A stretch of DNA of 64,000 nt from a bacterium (GTDB lineage Bacteria; Bacteroidota; Ignavibacteria; Ignavibacteriales; Melioribacteraceae), in NCBI GenBank assembly GCA_043805435.1, contig JAZDHY010000092.1, forward strand, positions 6,668-70,667. Direction: 5' to 3'. Within the stretch, counting starts at the first letter, position 1, and every line of letters starts with the position of its first letter. The notes below the pieces were generated by a model. The model did no database searches. It was not told the origin of the DNA and was given only the letters and a program-made list of their open reading frames with translations. This document shows positions 8,431 through 17,615 of the stretch, one piece after another. The position numbers and the translations under genes are program-made.

Positions 8431-9267
8431 CTATGATAATATATCTTTTTTAATAAAAATGTAGCTTGTAACACCGTATAAAACAGCAATATGAGCAATT
8501 AAAACTGAAGCTGATTTAGTAACTTCCCAATAATCAACAGGATCATCAAAAAATAATTTCCAATCATTTAAATAATTAGTAAATAAATATGGATGAATTA
8601 ATTTAATAAAATCAAAATTTAATGCGGAAAGTATAATAAAAATTATAATAACTGCCATTGTAGAAATAATTGGTCCAATTGCATTTGCAACAAGTGACGA
8701 AAAAAATATTGAAATTGATATTACAGTACTCATGCTTAATATAGCAAATAAATAAGCACAAATAAATCGCCATAAAACATCACTTGCCGCATAAATAAAA
8801 ACTTTATCTCTTAATATTATCAGTTCGCCTGTTCCAAATATTAAACAGCTTACACCCAAACTTATTATAAAAATAAAAATCATAAATAAAGTTGTGTAAA
8901 CAAAACCCGAAAGAAATTTTGCTGTTACTATTTTTAATCTACTAACCGGACGAGTTAACAACATTCTGTAAGTACCTTGGGTAGCTTCACCTGCCAACAG
9001 GTCGCCGCCTACTAAAACAATTAAAAAAGGGATATGAATATATAAAGTTTGCAATAAAATATTTGCAATAAAATAACCATTCACTAAATTACCTAATATA
9101 ACAAACGAATCCGAAAAACTTCTTGTAGCCATATCAACCGAATGTCTTCCTTCAAAATACATTGCAGTTTGAACAATTCCGGTTAAAAAAACAATAACAA
9201 TAAAACCTATATAAGTACGCCATTTGCTAAATATTTTAACTAACTCAGTATTTATTAATGCTAACAT
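8431..9267 (-). CDS. ABC-2 type transporter permease
   Basis: 278 aa with about 6 hydrophobic segments. It overlaps the stop of the upstream ATPase gene by 1 nt. Confidence 0.75.
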   Translation of the reverse strand: MLALINTELVKIFSKWRTYIGFIVIVFLTGIVQTAMYFEGRHSVDMATRSFSDSFVILGNLVNGYFIANILLQTLYIHIPFLIVLVGGDLLAGEATQGTYRMLLTRPVSRLKIVTAKFLSGFVYTTLFMIFIFIISLGVSCLIFGTGELIILRDKVFIYAASDVLWRFICAYLFAILSMSTVISISIFFSSLVANAIGPIISTMAVIIIFIILSALNFDFIKLIHPYLFTNYLNDWKLFFDDPVDYWEVTKSASVLIAHIAVLYGVTSYIFIKKDILS

Positions 9268-10184
9268 TATTTACCCTCCGTAATTTTCAAGAAGTATTCT
9301 TCCAAGGATCTGCTTTGAACAATTGAAGAAACGTTAATTCCGTTTTCTACAAACAACTTATTTAGAACAGGGATTATTTCTTTTTCGGTTTCTAAAATTA
9401 AACTATTATTGCGTTTTTCTTTTAATATTACCGAACCGTTAAAAGAATTTAATAATTGAATTGCTTTTTCCATATCATCAACTTCAAATTCGGTACTTAA
9501 CGAGTCTTTACTCAACAAATCCTGAACTTTACCTTCTATTTGGGTAGTTCCTTTATTAATAATAATCATTCTGTTTGCAATAATTTCAACTTCTTTTAAA
9601 ATATGCGAAGATAATAATATTGTTTTATGCTGCTCTTTACTTAACATTAAAATTAAATCTCTTATCTCTTTAATTCCTTGAGGATCCAACCCTGTTGTAG
9701 GTTCATCAAGTATAATTAATTTAGGATTATGTATTAATGCCTGCGCAATACCAAGCCGTTGTTTCATTCCGTGCGAATATGTTTTAACTTTGCTTTTGTA
9801 TCGCTTTTCCAATCCAACAAGTTCAAGCATTTCCATAATACGTTTTTTAGAAGTATCGGCACCGCTTAATTTACCAAATATTTCCAAATTTTTATACGCA
9901 GACAGATATAAATAAAAATCCGGTTTTTCCACAATTGCGCCAATATTTCTTAAAATATCTTCACGATTTGGGTTTAGCGGTTTATCAAATATTTTTATTG
10001 TTCCTGCAGTAGGTTTAATTAAAGTTAAAAGCATTCTTATTGTAGTGCTTTTACCTGCTCCGTTAGGGCCTAAAAAACCAAACACATCACCTTCATATAC
10101 ATTTAAGTCCAAATTGTTGACTGCCATAATATCTTTAAATTTTTTTGTCAGTCCCCTTATTTCAATAATTGGAGTATTTTCCAA
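9267..10184 (-). CDS. ABC transporter ATP-binding protein
   Basis: Walker A 'GPNGAGKST', signature 'SHGMKQRLGIA', Walker B 'LIILDEPTTGLD' and an H-loop 'SSH' are present. Confidence 0.92.
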   Translation of the reverse strand: MENTPIIEIRGLTKKFKDIMAVNNLDLNVYEGDVFGFLGPNGAGKSTTIRMLLTLIKPTAGTIKIFDKPLNPNREDILRNIGAIVEKPDFYLYLSAYKNLEIFGKLSGADTSKKRIMEMLELVGLEKRYKSKVKTYSHGMKQRLGIAQALIHNPKLIILDEPTTGLDPQGIKEIRDLILMLSKEQHKTILLSSHILKEVEIIANRMIIINKGTTQIEGKVQDLLSKDSLSTEFEVDDMEKAIQLLNSFNGSVILKEKRNNSLILETEKEIIPVLNKLFVENGINVSSIVQSRSLEEYFLKITEGK

Positions 10185-10493
10185 ATAGAACCTCGTTTTT
10201 TTAGTTTTTAGACGTATATAGGAATTAATAGTTCAAATTTAAAGATTTTATTTTAAACCCCATAAATATATTTTTAATTATGTTTTATTACTAAAGTCAA
10301 AATATAACATTTTGATAATATTTTTATTATTGCAAATAATTGTCAAAAAATTTTAAATTATTTTAACGTTTATTAAAAAGATATACGTATAATATCAAAA
10401 TAAAATGTTACTGAAATATAGGAATAAATAAGTCGTTAAGTCAAATACCAATGTTTTTTTATTACAATAACGAGCCGTTAGGCTCGTTATTGA

Positions 10494-11369
10494 TTAGTCT
10501 CTCTCCCCTGAGGGCATCAAATATTTCTCGTAATCATTATATAAACTCTTTATCTTAAGTTTTATTGTTATTATAAGCTTATAAGGATTATTATTTCTTA
10601 ATATCTCATTATGAATGTTTAATTGTTCTTGTTTCAATTTAAGCTTTTCTGTTAATCGCTGATATGGTGTTTTAGCTGTTGACATGATTTTATAAATCTT
10701 TCCGTTCCTAATTAACTTTTCTTTTAACTGTTCAGATGGTATAAAATAGTTATTTATAAACTCTGTCTCATTATCTGAATCGAACCCTAATATTGAGAAC
10801 GGCAGCCTTTCTTCAATGCTCATAATTGTTGTATGAACATTCCGTTGTCCTTTCTCCCAAACGGCCATTGTTTCTACCCAACCTGTTGCTATATCAGTAA
10901 TTACAACTGAATGCACAAAACTTCCTGAACAACTTGTTCCACCATGAGCTACTGTATCTGCTTCTACAAACCCGGGTTTTTCATCGTCCCATTTGTTTGA
11001 ATGGATTGGTATTTGTTTTTTTAATAAGGAGCCGGGTTTGGTTGTACACATTCTGTTTGGGGCGTATTTATTTCGATATTCGCTTAATATTCTTTCTATG
11101 CTTGATGACGATATGATTAGCAATAACTCTTTTATGTTTTCAGGTATTGCATTGGTGGAATATGGCAGCCAGACTTTTATTGCTTCTTTTAATCTTCTTG
11201 AGCAGATAAATTGTGTCTGTTTCCATAAATCAAGTATGAAGTCCTTGATTGCCGGATTATTATATTTACTTTTTCGCCCTCGTTTCTTTACATGGTTTGA
11301 AGTTTTAGTTTCCTTATAATTTAATTTCCTGATAACATGTTTTCGACTATGATTTGTCAACTCGACCAA
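10494..11369 (-). mobile_element. Degenerate DDE (rve/integrase-core) transposase, ISNCY-like; lacks a proper N-terminus and appears internally deleted
   Basis: Motifs seen are 'KKRGRKSKYNNP...LW', 'VEADTVAHGG....GSFVHSVVITDIATGWVE' and 'LGFDSDNETEFIN'. The ORF begins at a TTG with no ATG or HTH region. The segment that normally carries the third acidic catalytic residue appears absent, because the sequence jumps to the C-terminal 'KTPYQRL' tail. No terminal inverted repeats were found. Confidence 0.65.
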
Positions 11370-11693
11370 TATTGTGACTATTCGTGTTTTTTCAGATTTA
11401 ATTTGTAATCTGTAATTTTTTTTGATATTTTTTGTATATTTCTTTATTGGTTTATTGCGTCATGCGGCCTCCAGCCGATTATTTAATGGTTTTTTTTGGT
11501 AACATTAATTTATGACGCAACGACCGTTTCTTCAATTCACTTTTTTTTCTCTCGGTATCATTTTTTATGACTTAAGCCGCTCAAGTCACCAAAATTCTAT
11601 TCTTCATAATTTATCTTGTAATTTGAATTCCGATTTAATATCTTGCATAATCGAATTGAGCAATCACAGACAATTTTTTAACTTGGAGGACAA

Positions 11694-13793
11694 ATGAAGT
11701 ATTTTACTTCACTTATAGGTATTCTATTATTTTTTAGTAATTTAATTGCACAAACAGGAACATGGACACAATTAACAGCACCAAACGACAAAGATTATTA
11801 TGGAGCTAAATTTATTACTCCAAATACAGGATATTTTGTTGGAGTTGGCGGTAATGTATACTCTACAAAAGATGGCGGTACTACATGGTTAACTGCTTAT
11901 TTAGGTGCAAATTATCTTCTTAGCGACATTGACAAAGCTTCAAATGGAACATTATTAGTTTGCGGCGGCAGTGGATCTATTCACAAATCTACAGATGACG
12001 GTGTCAGCTGGATAAAAAAAACATCTACAGTTAATACACAGTTAGTTGACATTTTATATGTGAATGATAATTTAACATTTGCTGTTGGATATAATGGTAC
12101 AATAATAAAATCAAATGATGATGGCGAAACTTGGATAACAATTCCTATCAGTACTACCGGAGATTTACAGTCTATTTGTTTTACTGATGAATTTACAGGT
12201 TTTATTTGCGATTTTAGCGGCCATATTTATAAAACTACTAACGGCGGTAATAATTGGGTTGAAAAAGTATCCAATACTACAGAACAACTTTATAATATTA
12301 GTTTTTATAACAAAAATTTAGGATTTGCCGTCGGCGGAAAAGGTACTTTTTTAAAAACTACTGATGCCGGAGAAAACTGGTTTGGAATGCCCTCTCCAAC
12401 AGGTTCTGCAATCTCTGCTGTTTACTATATTGTTTTTTTGAGTGAAACTCATGGATGGGTAAGTGCCGGTTTATCAATTTATGAAACTTTTGACGGCGGT
12501 CAAACATTTACAGAAAGAATACGTTGCAGTAGATCACAAAATACATTACTCTTTTTTGATGAAAATTTTGGTTATACCTTTGGGTATGGCGGAACAATAT
12601 ATAAATTTACCGGAAACGGAGTTACTGACGGTTGGGTTACAATACAAAGTCCAATTAATGTAAATTTTAGAGCTGTTGATTTCCCTTCTTTTAATATTGG
12701 TTATGCAGCCGGTGATAATGCAACAATTATTAAAACATCTGATGCAGGTTTAACATGGAATACTTTAACAACCGGCGGTGCTTCACTATTATATGGTATT
12801 GATTTTACTAATGATACTATTGGTTATGCATGCGGTTATTTGGGTTTAATTGTTAAAACCACAAATGGCGGAACAAATTGGTTTACCTCTTTTAACGGAT
12901 CTACTCAAGGATTTATGGATATACAATTTGTTGATGAAAATATTGGTTTAGCAGTTGCTAATGAAGGCCTTATTTTAAGAACAACTGATGCAGGTGCTTC
13001 ATGGAATACAATTCCATCAGGAACTACCGCATATTTAAAAGATATCTCCCTTTTTAATAATTCAGTCTTATATATTGCCGGTGAACAAGGTAAAATACTT
13101 AAATCAACTGATTTAGGATTAACCTGGACTTCGTTAAATTCACCTTGGGATGCTTACGAAACGGTATGTTTTACGGACGATACAACAGGTTTTGCAGGCG
13201 GCAGTTATGGTTATATTCGTAAAACAACCGGTGCCGGTGATTCGTTATGGTCAATTACAGCCTCAGCGGGTTCTTCATCATGGATTAATTCGATTTATTT
13301 TGTAAATAGTTTAACCGGATATGCTGCTTGCGGTGCTGTTATTATGAAAACTACCGATGGCGGAACCAACTGGGAAATAATAAAGGATGGTCTATCTAAA
13401 ATTCCTTTTGATCTTACTTTTACAGATGAATTGACCGGATTTGCTGTTGGTTCAGATGGTTTGATTTTAAAAACATACATGGGTGGAATTACTCCTGTTG
13501 AAGAAGAAATTTACACTTCCGGTAATGTTTCTACTTTTGAATTAGCGCAAAACTACCCTAACCCGTTTAACCCGACTACTATAATAAAATATTCTATTAA
13601 CGATAAATCTAATGTTAGTATAAAAGTTTATGATATTTTAGGTAAAGAAGTGGCAAATTTAATGAATGAAGAAAAACCAGCAGGAACTTATCAAGTTCAG
13701 TTTAATGCAGGCGGATTAGCTTCAGGAATTTATTTTTACAGCATTAAAGCAGGTAATTTTACAAATTGCAAAAAAATGATACTTGTAAAATAA
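11694..13793 (+). CDS. Secreted BNR/Ycf48-like beta-propeller repeat protein with T9SS C-terminal sorting domain
   Basis: It has a signal peptide and more than 10 repeats of 'T.DGG.TW/S.D.G.TW'. The C-terminus 'AQNYPNPFNPTTIIKYSI...GIYFYSIKAG' is a T9SS CTD. Confidence 0.85.
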   Translation: MKYFTSLIGILLFFSNLIAQTGTWTQLTAPNDKDYYGAKFITPNTGYFVGVGGNVYSTKDGGTTWLTAYLGANYLLSDIDKASNGTLLVCGGSGSIHKSTDDGVSWIKKTSTVNTQLVDILYVNDNLTFAVGYNGTIIKSNDDGETWITIPISTTGDLQSICFTDEFTGFICDFSGHIYKTTNGGNNWVEKVSNTTEQLYNISFYNKNLGFAVGGKGTFLKTTDAGENWFGMPSPTGSAISAVYYIVFLSETHGWVSAGLSIYETFDGGQTFTERIRCSRSQNTLLFFDENFGYTFGYGGTIYKFTGNGVTDGWVTIQSPINVNFRAVDFPSFNIGYAAGDNATIIKTSDAGLTWNTLTTGGASLLYGIDFTNDTIGYACGYLGLIVKTTNGGTNWFTSFNGSTQGFMDIQFVDENIGLAVANEGLILRTTDAGASWNTIPSGTTAYLKDISLFNNSVLYIAGEQGKILKSTDLGLTWTSLNSPWDAYETVCFTDDTTGFAGGSYGYIRKTTGAGDSLWSITASAGSSSWINSIYFVNSLTGYAACGAVIMKTTDGGTNWEIIKDGLSKIPFDLTFTDELTGFAVGSDGLILKTYMGGITPVEEEIYTSGNVSTFELAQNYPNPFNPTTIIKYSINDKSNVSIKVYDILGKEVANLMNEEKPAGTYQVQFNAGGLASGIYFYSIKAGNFTNCKKMILVK

Positions 13794-13830
13794 TTGTGAG
13801 TTGTAAATTGTGAATTGTGAATTGTAAATT

Positions 13831-13868
13831 AAAACCGTTGTTAAATAAAAATTAACAGCGGTTTTTTG
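13831..13868 (+). terminator. Rho-independent terminator
   Basis: The sequence is AAAACCGTTGTTAA-ATAAAAA-TTAACAGCGGTTTT followed by TTG. Confidence 0.75.
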
Positions 13869-13892
13869 TTTTCAAATACACCAAGTACTATT

Positions 13893-14224
13893 GAGATTAC
13901 AAATGTTCTACTTTATGAAGCCAACTTGTTTTTTAAATTTGTCGTTATTATCTATACATTTATCCGCTTTTAGAACTTCGTTTGAAGTTCCATATATGTA
14001 ATAAATGCTACCCAAACATAAGTGCAATGCGTGTTATATTTGCTTGTGGCACATCACTGATGTGCCAATTTTTGAGTGGAAGTTTCAGATTACAAACGTT
14101 CGACTTCTATGAAGTCGATTCGGCTTTTTTTCAAAATATTATTATTTAATATAATATACTTTTATAATTATCCGCTTTTAGAACTTCGGTTGAAGTTCCA
14201 CGTTTGTAATAAATAATACCCGTA
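13893..14224. repeat. Imperfect direct duplication of an intergenic module of about 130 bp, two copies about 195-205 bp apart
   Basis: Block A 'AGATTACAAA(T/C)GTTC.ACTT.TATGAAG' occurs at 13894 and 14087. Block B 'TTATCCGCTTTTAGAACTTCG(T/G)TTGAAGTTCCA...TGTAATAAAT' occurs at 13960 and 14168. Block B contains the hairpin GAACTTC-N4-GAAGTTC. Confidence 0.7.
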
Positions 14225-14245
14225 CAATTTCCACATCGTAATATT

Positions 14246-14980
14246 TTATATCCAACAAAATTCCACATTACAAATTTCAACATCATTGTTATAAAACGAA
14301 TGAGCTGTTTTTTTATACTCTTTATTTTCATCAAACTTAGTTATAAGCTTTACATCATCTCCAAAATAAAGTTCTCGTTTATAATTTACATTTATTTCTT
14401 TAATTAAGTATTTATTAATCCACTCTAAAGGTAAGGGATCTAATGCCCACACAACATAACAAACATTATTAACGTGATTATTTGTATCAATATCATTGTT
14501 TGTGATTTTTATTTTATCGTATATTTCTCCTTCATGAACAGCTTGTATTGTGTTAAGTTTATCAAAATATTTATAAGATTCTTTATCTATTCCAAACTTC
14601 AAATATATATCGTCCGGAATTTGACATGGTTTTCTTGTTTGTGTGTCAGCAAAAATCCAAACCGAGTTTGCCTCTGCTAATAAATTTCCCTTTTTGTCTT
14701 TTACCCAATATTTTCTATTTGCCAAAAATCTCTTAAATGTTGTCGGTTCAGTAATAATTTTAATTGTCTGCTTAAATTCCGGCATTAAATAAACTTTTAT
14801 GCACCAATTAAGAAGCATAAATCCTCTATTCATTTTTTCATAATCATCAAGCGAAAGTCCGGCTTCCGTGCTGTTAAGTATTGCAATATCTTGAAGATAA
14901 CTAATTAAAACAGAAGGCTTTAACCTTTTATTTTGGTCAATTTCGTAATAATGGATCAAGTATTCTTGTATGTATTTCAT
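14246..14980 (-). CDS. Acyl-ACP thioesterase (double hot-dog, FatA/B-like)
   Basis: 244 aa. The sequence 'Y.I.YYE.D.N.++....L..YLQD.A' and its two-domain layout are typical of bacterial acyl-ACP thioesterases. Confidence 0.75.
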   Translation of the reverse strand: MKYIQEYLIHYYEIDQNKRLKPSVLISYLQDIAILNSTEAGLSLDDYEKMNRGFMLLNWCIKVYLMPEFKQTIKIITEPTTFKRFLANRKYWVKDKKGNLLAEANSVWIFADTQTRKPCQIPDDIYLKFGIDKESYKYFDKLNTIQAVHEGEIYDKIKITNNDIDTNNHVNNVCYVVWALDPLPLEWINKYLIKEINVNYKRELYFGDDVKLITKFDENKEYKKTAHSFYNNDVEICNVEFCWI

Positions 14981-15276
14981 TTTAACAAATTAATAATTGT
15001 GGATAACTAAATTTAGGACATATATAATTTAAATTCAATTAATATTAAATTACTAATAAAAGGTTTAAATATTAGGTTTTTTTAAAAATATCATATTTAT
15101 TAAAGAATTATTCTTTATAATTTCAAAATATTGTAATGGTCAAATAAAAAACACAAAATCCAATTATTTCAATTTTCCATCATAAATTTTTCATACTTAT
15201 TTTTGGATTAATACTATTTACAAAAAAAATAGCAAATCAGTTTTTTTTACTTGACATTTAAACAAGTTTTTATCAT

Positions 15277-15304
15277 TTTGAACGTATCAAATATTTCAAA
15301 CGTT
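15277..15304. promoter_or_regulatory. Candidate operator upstream of the MarR-family gene (TTTGAA-N12-TTCAAACGTT)
   Basis: The inverted repeat TTTGAA...TTCAAA ends 8 nt before the ATG at 15312. It shares the half-site TTCAAACGTT with the palindrome at 15825-15848. Confidence 0.4.
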
Positions 15305-15311
15305 AAAAACA

Positions 15312-15803
15312 ATGACCACAGACAACAAAATAGAAAAAGAAATAATAAAAAACTTTGGATACGCTTACAGAGCCTTTGGACTAAACAAATTAATGGGTTC
15401 AGTTGTTGCGCTTCTTTTATGTTCAAAAGAACCTTTATCGTTAGATGATATTGCAAAAACATTAGCACGCAGCAAAGGACCAATAAGCCAAATTACAAGA
15501 CGTTTACGCGATAAAAACTTAATCCGCCGTGTTTGGCACCCAACCAGCAGAAAAGACTTTTACGAAATACAACCCGAAGTTTTTGAAAATGCATTTAGAA
15601 ATAATTTTGAGTTAATTAAATCTAATACGCGGCTTGCTAAACAATTATTAAATGTTGTGGATAACGTAACCGAAACTCACGATTTTTTGAAAGACCGTTT
15701 ATCCGAGATGCAGCTGTTTTACGAAATAATGGAAAAACATTATCAAAACTTTTTAGACGAATGGATGATTGAAAGAACAAAACTTTTAAATAATAAAGAA
15801 TAA
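15312..15803 (+). CDS. MarR/GbsR-family winged-HTH transcriptional regulator
   Basis: The segment 'LSLDDIAKTLARSKGPISQITRRLRDKNLIRRV' is a wHTH. Size (163 aa) and position ahead of a metabolic operon fit this family. Confidence 0.7.
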   Translation: MTTDNKIEKEIIKNFGYAYRAFGLNKLMGSVVALLLCSKEPLSLDDIAKTLARSKGPISQITRRLRDKNLIRRVWHPTSRKDFYEIQPEVFENAFRNNFELIKSNTRLAKQLLNVVDNVTETHDFLKDRLSEMQLFYEIMEKHYQNFLDEWMIERTKLLNNKE

Positions 15804-15824
15804 TTTAAGTATTATTTTGCATTT

Positions 15825-15848
15825 AACGTTTGGAATTTTTCAAACGTT
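15825..15848. promoter_or_regulatory. Perfect inverted repeat AACGTTTG-N8-CAAACGTT upstream of the fabG-like operon (candidate MarR operator)
   Basis: The arms are 8 bp and perfect. The site lies 22 nt upstream of the ATG at 15870, with the SD AGGAG at 15858-15862. Confidence 0.45.
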
Positions 15849-15869
15849 GCAAATATAGGAGCTAATAGA

Positions 15870-16613
15870 ATGAAAAGATTAGAAAAAAAAGCAGCTGTTA
15901 TTACAGGCGGAGCCAGTGGAATTGGTAAAGCTGCCGTATTAAAATTTTTAAGCGAAGGTGCTGATATTGCCGTTTGGGATATGGATGAAGCAAAAGGAAA
16001 AGAACTGGAAGTTTTTGCGGCTGAAAACAAATACAAACTAAAATTTTACAAAGTAAATGTTGCAAATTTTGACGAAGTGAATGAAAAAGCAAAAATGGTT
16101 ATTGCCGATTTTGGTCAAATTGATATTTTAGTTAATAACGCGGGAATCACACGCGATGCAAGCCTAAAAAAAATGACTCCGCAACAATGGCAGCAAGTAA
16201 TAGATGTTAATTTAACCGGAGTTTTTAACTGTACTAAAATATTTGCAGAATATATGCTTGAACAAAAAAGCGGTAAAATAATAAATACATCCTCAGTTGT
16301 TGGAATATATGGTAATTTTGGACAAACAAATTATGTTGCTACAAAAGCAGGTGTTATAGGTATGACAAAAGTTTGGGCACGCGAACTTGGCAAAAAAGGA
16401 ATTAATGTAAATGCCGTTGCCCCCGGTTTTATTGAAACCGATATGGTAAAATTAATGCCTGAAAATGTTTTAGTCGGAATGAGAGATAAAACTCCGCTTG
16501 GCAGATTAGGACAGCCCGAAGACATTGCAAACGCATATTTGTTTTTGGCAAGTGAAGAAGCTAGTTATATTAATGGTACAGTTTTAAGTGTAGATGGCGG
16601 GTTAATAAGTTAA
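15870..16613 (+). CDS. fabG: 3-oxoacyl-ACP reductase-like SDR
   Basis: Motifs 'TGGASGIGKA', 'NNAGI' and 'YVATKAG' (YxxxK) are present, the length is 247 aa, and there is high pattern similarity to FabG. Confidence 0.85.
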   Translation: MKRLEKKAAVITGGASGIGKAAVLKFLSEGADIAVWDMDEAKGKELEVFAAENKYKLKFYKVNVANFDEVNEKAKMVIADFGQIDILVNNAGITRDASLKKMTPQQWQQVIDVNLTGVFNCTKIFAEYMLEQKSGKIINTSSVVGIYGNFGQTNYVATKAGVIGMTKVWARELGKKGINVNAVAPGFIETDMVKLMPENVLVGMRDKTPLGRLGQPEDIANAYLFLASEEASYINGTVLSVDGGLIS

Positions 16614-17602
16614 TGATAAGAAATGCGTATATTAAATCGGTTGGAGCCTTTGCTCCCGAAAAAATTGTAACTAACCAATTTTTTAATGATATCTTAAAAG
16701 AAGATGTTGATACTTGGTTAGTACAAAATTTAACTATAAAAGAAAGAAGATGGTGTGCAGAAAACGAATCGACTGCCGATTTGTGTGTTAATGCTGCAAA
16801 TATTACACTTGAAAGAGCCAATCTTAAACCTGAAGATTTAGATTTAATTATCATTTCTACAGATACTCCCGAGTTTATATCCCCTTCTACCGCTTCGGTT
16901 GTTCAATATAGGCTGGGGGCAAAAAATGCAGGAACGTTTGACCTTAATTCCGCTTGTGCAGGGTTTGTTACGGCTTTAGACGTGGCATGCAAATATATTA
17001 AATCGGATGACAGATATAATAATATATTAGTTATTGGTGCTTATGCCATGAGCAAATATTTAGATTTATATGATAAAAAAACCGTAACTTTATTTGCTGA
17101 CGGTGCCGGTGCAGTAGTTGTTTCGGCAACAGAAGAAAATAAAGGATTTTTAGCAAGTGAATTATATACCGAAGGAATTTATAACAGCTGGATGGGTATA
17201 TATGCCGGAGGCACAAAAACGCCAATTACTAAAGATGTTATAGATAATAAAGATCATCTATTAAAATTTGTACGTAAATTCCCTAAAGAGATTAATCCTA
17301 TTACTTGGACAAGAATGGTAAATAATCTTTCAGACCGTACAAATATTCCGGTTAAAGATTTTAATCATTATTTTATGACACAAATAAATATTAACGGCAT
17401 TTGGGAAACATTAGATAATTTAGAAGTAGCACACCAAAAAGCCCATACTATTATGGATAGATTTGGCTACACCGGTTCGGCATGTATTCCGATGGCTTTA
17501 AATGACGCCTACGAAAAAGGCAAATTAAATAACGGCGATAAGCTTATTTTTATCGGCTCGGGCGGCGGTTTAGCTTTTGCTTCAGCTGCTTTTATTTGGT
17601 AA
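16613..17602 (+). CDS. KAS III (FabH)-like protein with a non-canonical active site
   Basis: It shows the FabH fold pattern with the Cys motif 'NSACAGF' and the C-terminal 'GSGGGLAFASAAFIW'. An ungapped alignment to E. coli FabH places 'TQIN' opposite 'HQAN' and 'FGYTGSA' opposite 'HGNTSAA'. The start overlaps the fabG stop (TAATG). Confidence 0.8.
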   Translation: MIRNAYIKSVGAFAPEKIVTNQFFNDILKEDVDTWLVQNLTIKERRWCAENESTADLCVNAANITLERANLKPEDLDLIIISTDTPEFISPSTASVVQYRLGAKNAGTFDLNSACAGFVTALDVACKYIKSDDRYNNILVIGAYAMSKYLDLYDKKTVTLFADGAGAVVVSATEENKGFLASELYTEGIYNSWMGIYAGGTKTPITKDVIDNKDHLLKFVRKFPKEINPITWTRMVNNLSDRTNIPVKDFNHYFMTQININGIWETLDNLEVAHQKAHTIMDRFGYTGSACIPMALNDAYEKGKLNNGDKLIFIGSGGGLAFASAAFIW

Positions 17603-17615
17603 ACAGGAGTATTAA

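Noticed and set aside
10934-11319. Plus-strand ORFs 10934-11116 and 10993-11319 appear in the track.
   Set aside because: They are antisense to the transposase remnant, and no motifs were found.
13793-13827. A heptamer microsatellite (ATTGTRA)x5 lies between the stop codon and the terminator of the T9SS protein gene.
   Set aside because: It is real but short and sits in a 3' UTR. There is no evidence of function, so it is noted only.
14146-14334. A 62-aa minus-strand ORF overlaps the thioesterase 3' end.
   Set aside because: It overlaps a supported gene out of frame and runs into the duplicated non-coding module. The corresponding frame in copy 1 of the module is closed by stops.
15247-16092. 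Several small ORFs (15247-15483 minus, 15251-15448 plus, 15812-16036 minus, 15901-16092 minus) appear around the MarR and FabG genes.
   Set aside because: They overlap supported genes or promoter regions, and their Leu/Phe/Cys-rich sequences are typical of off-frame translation.
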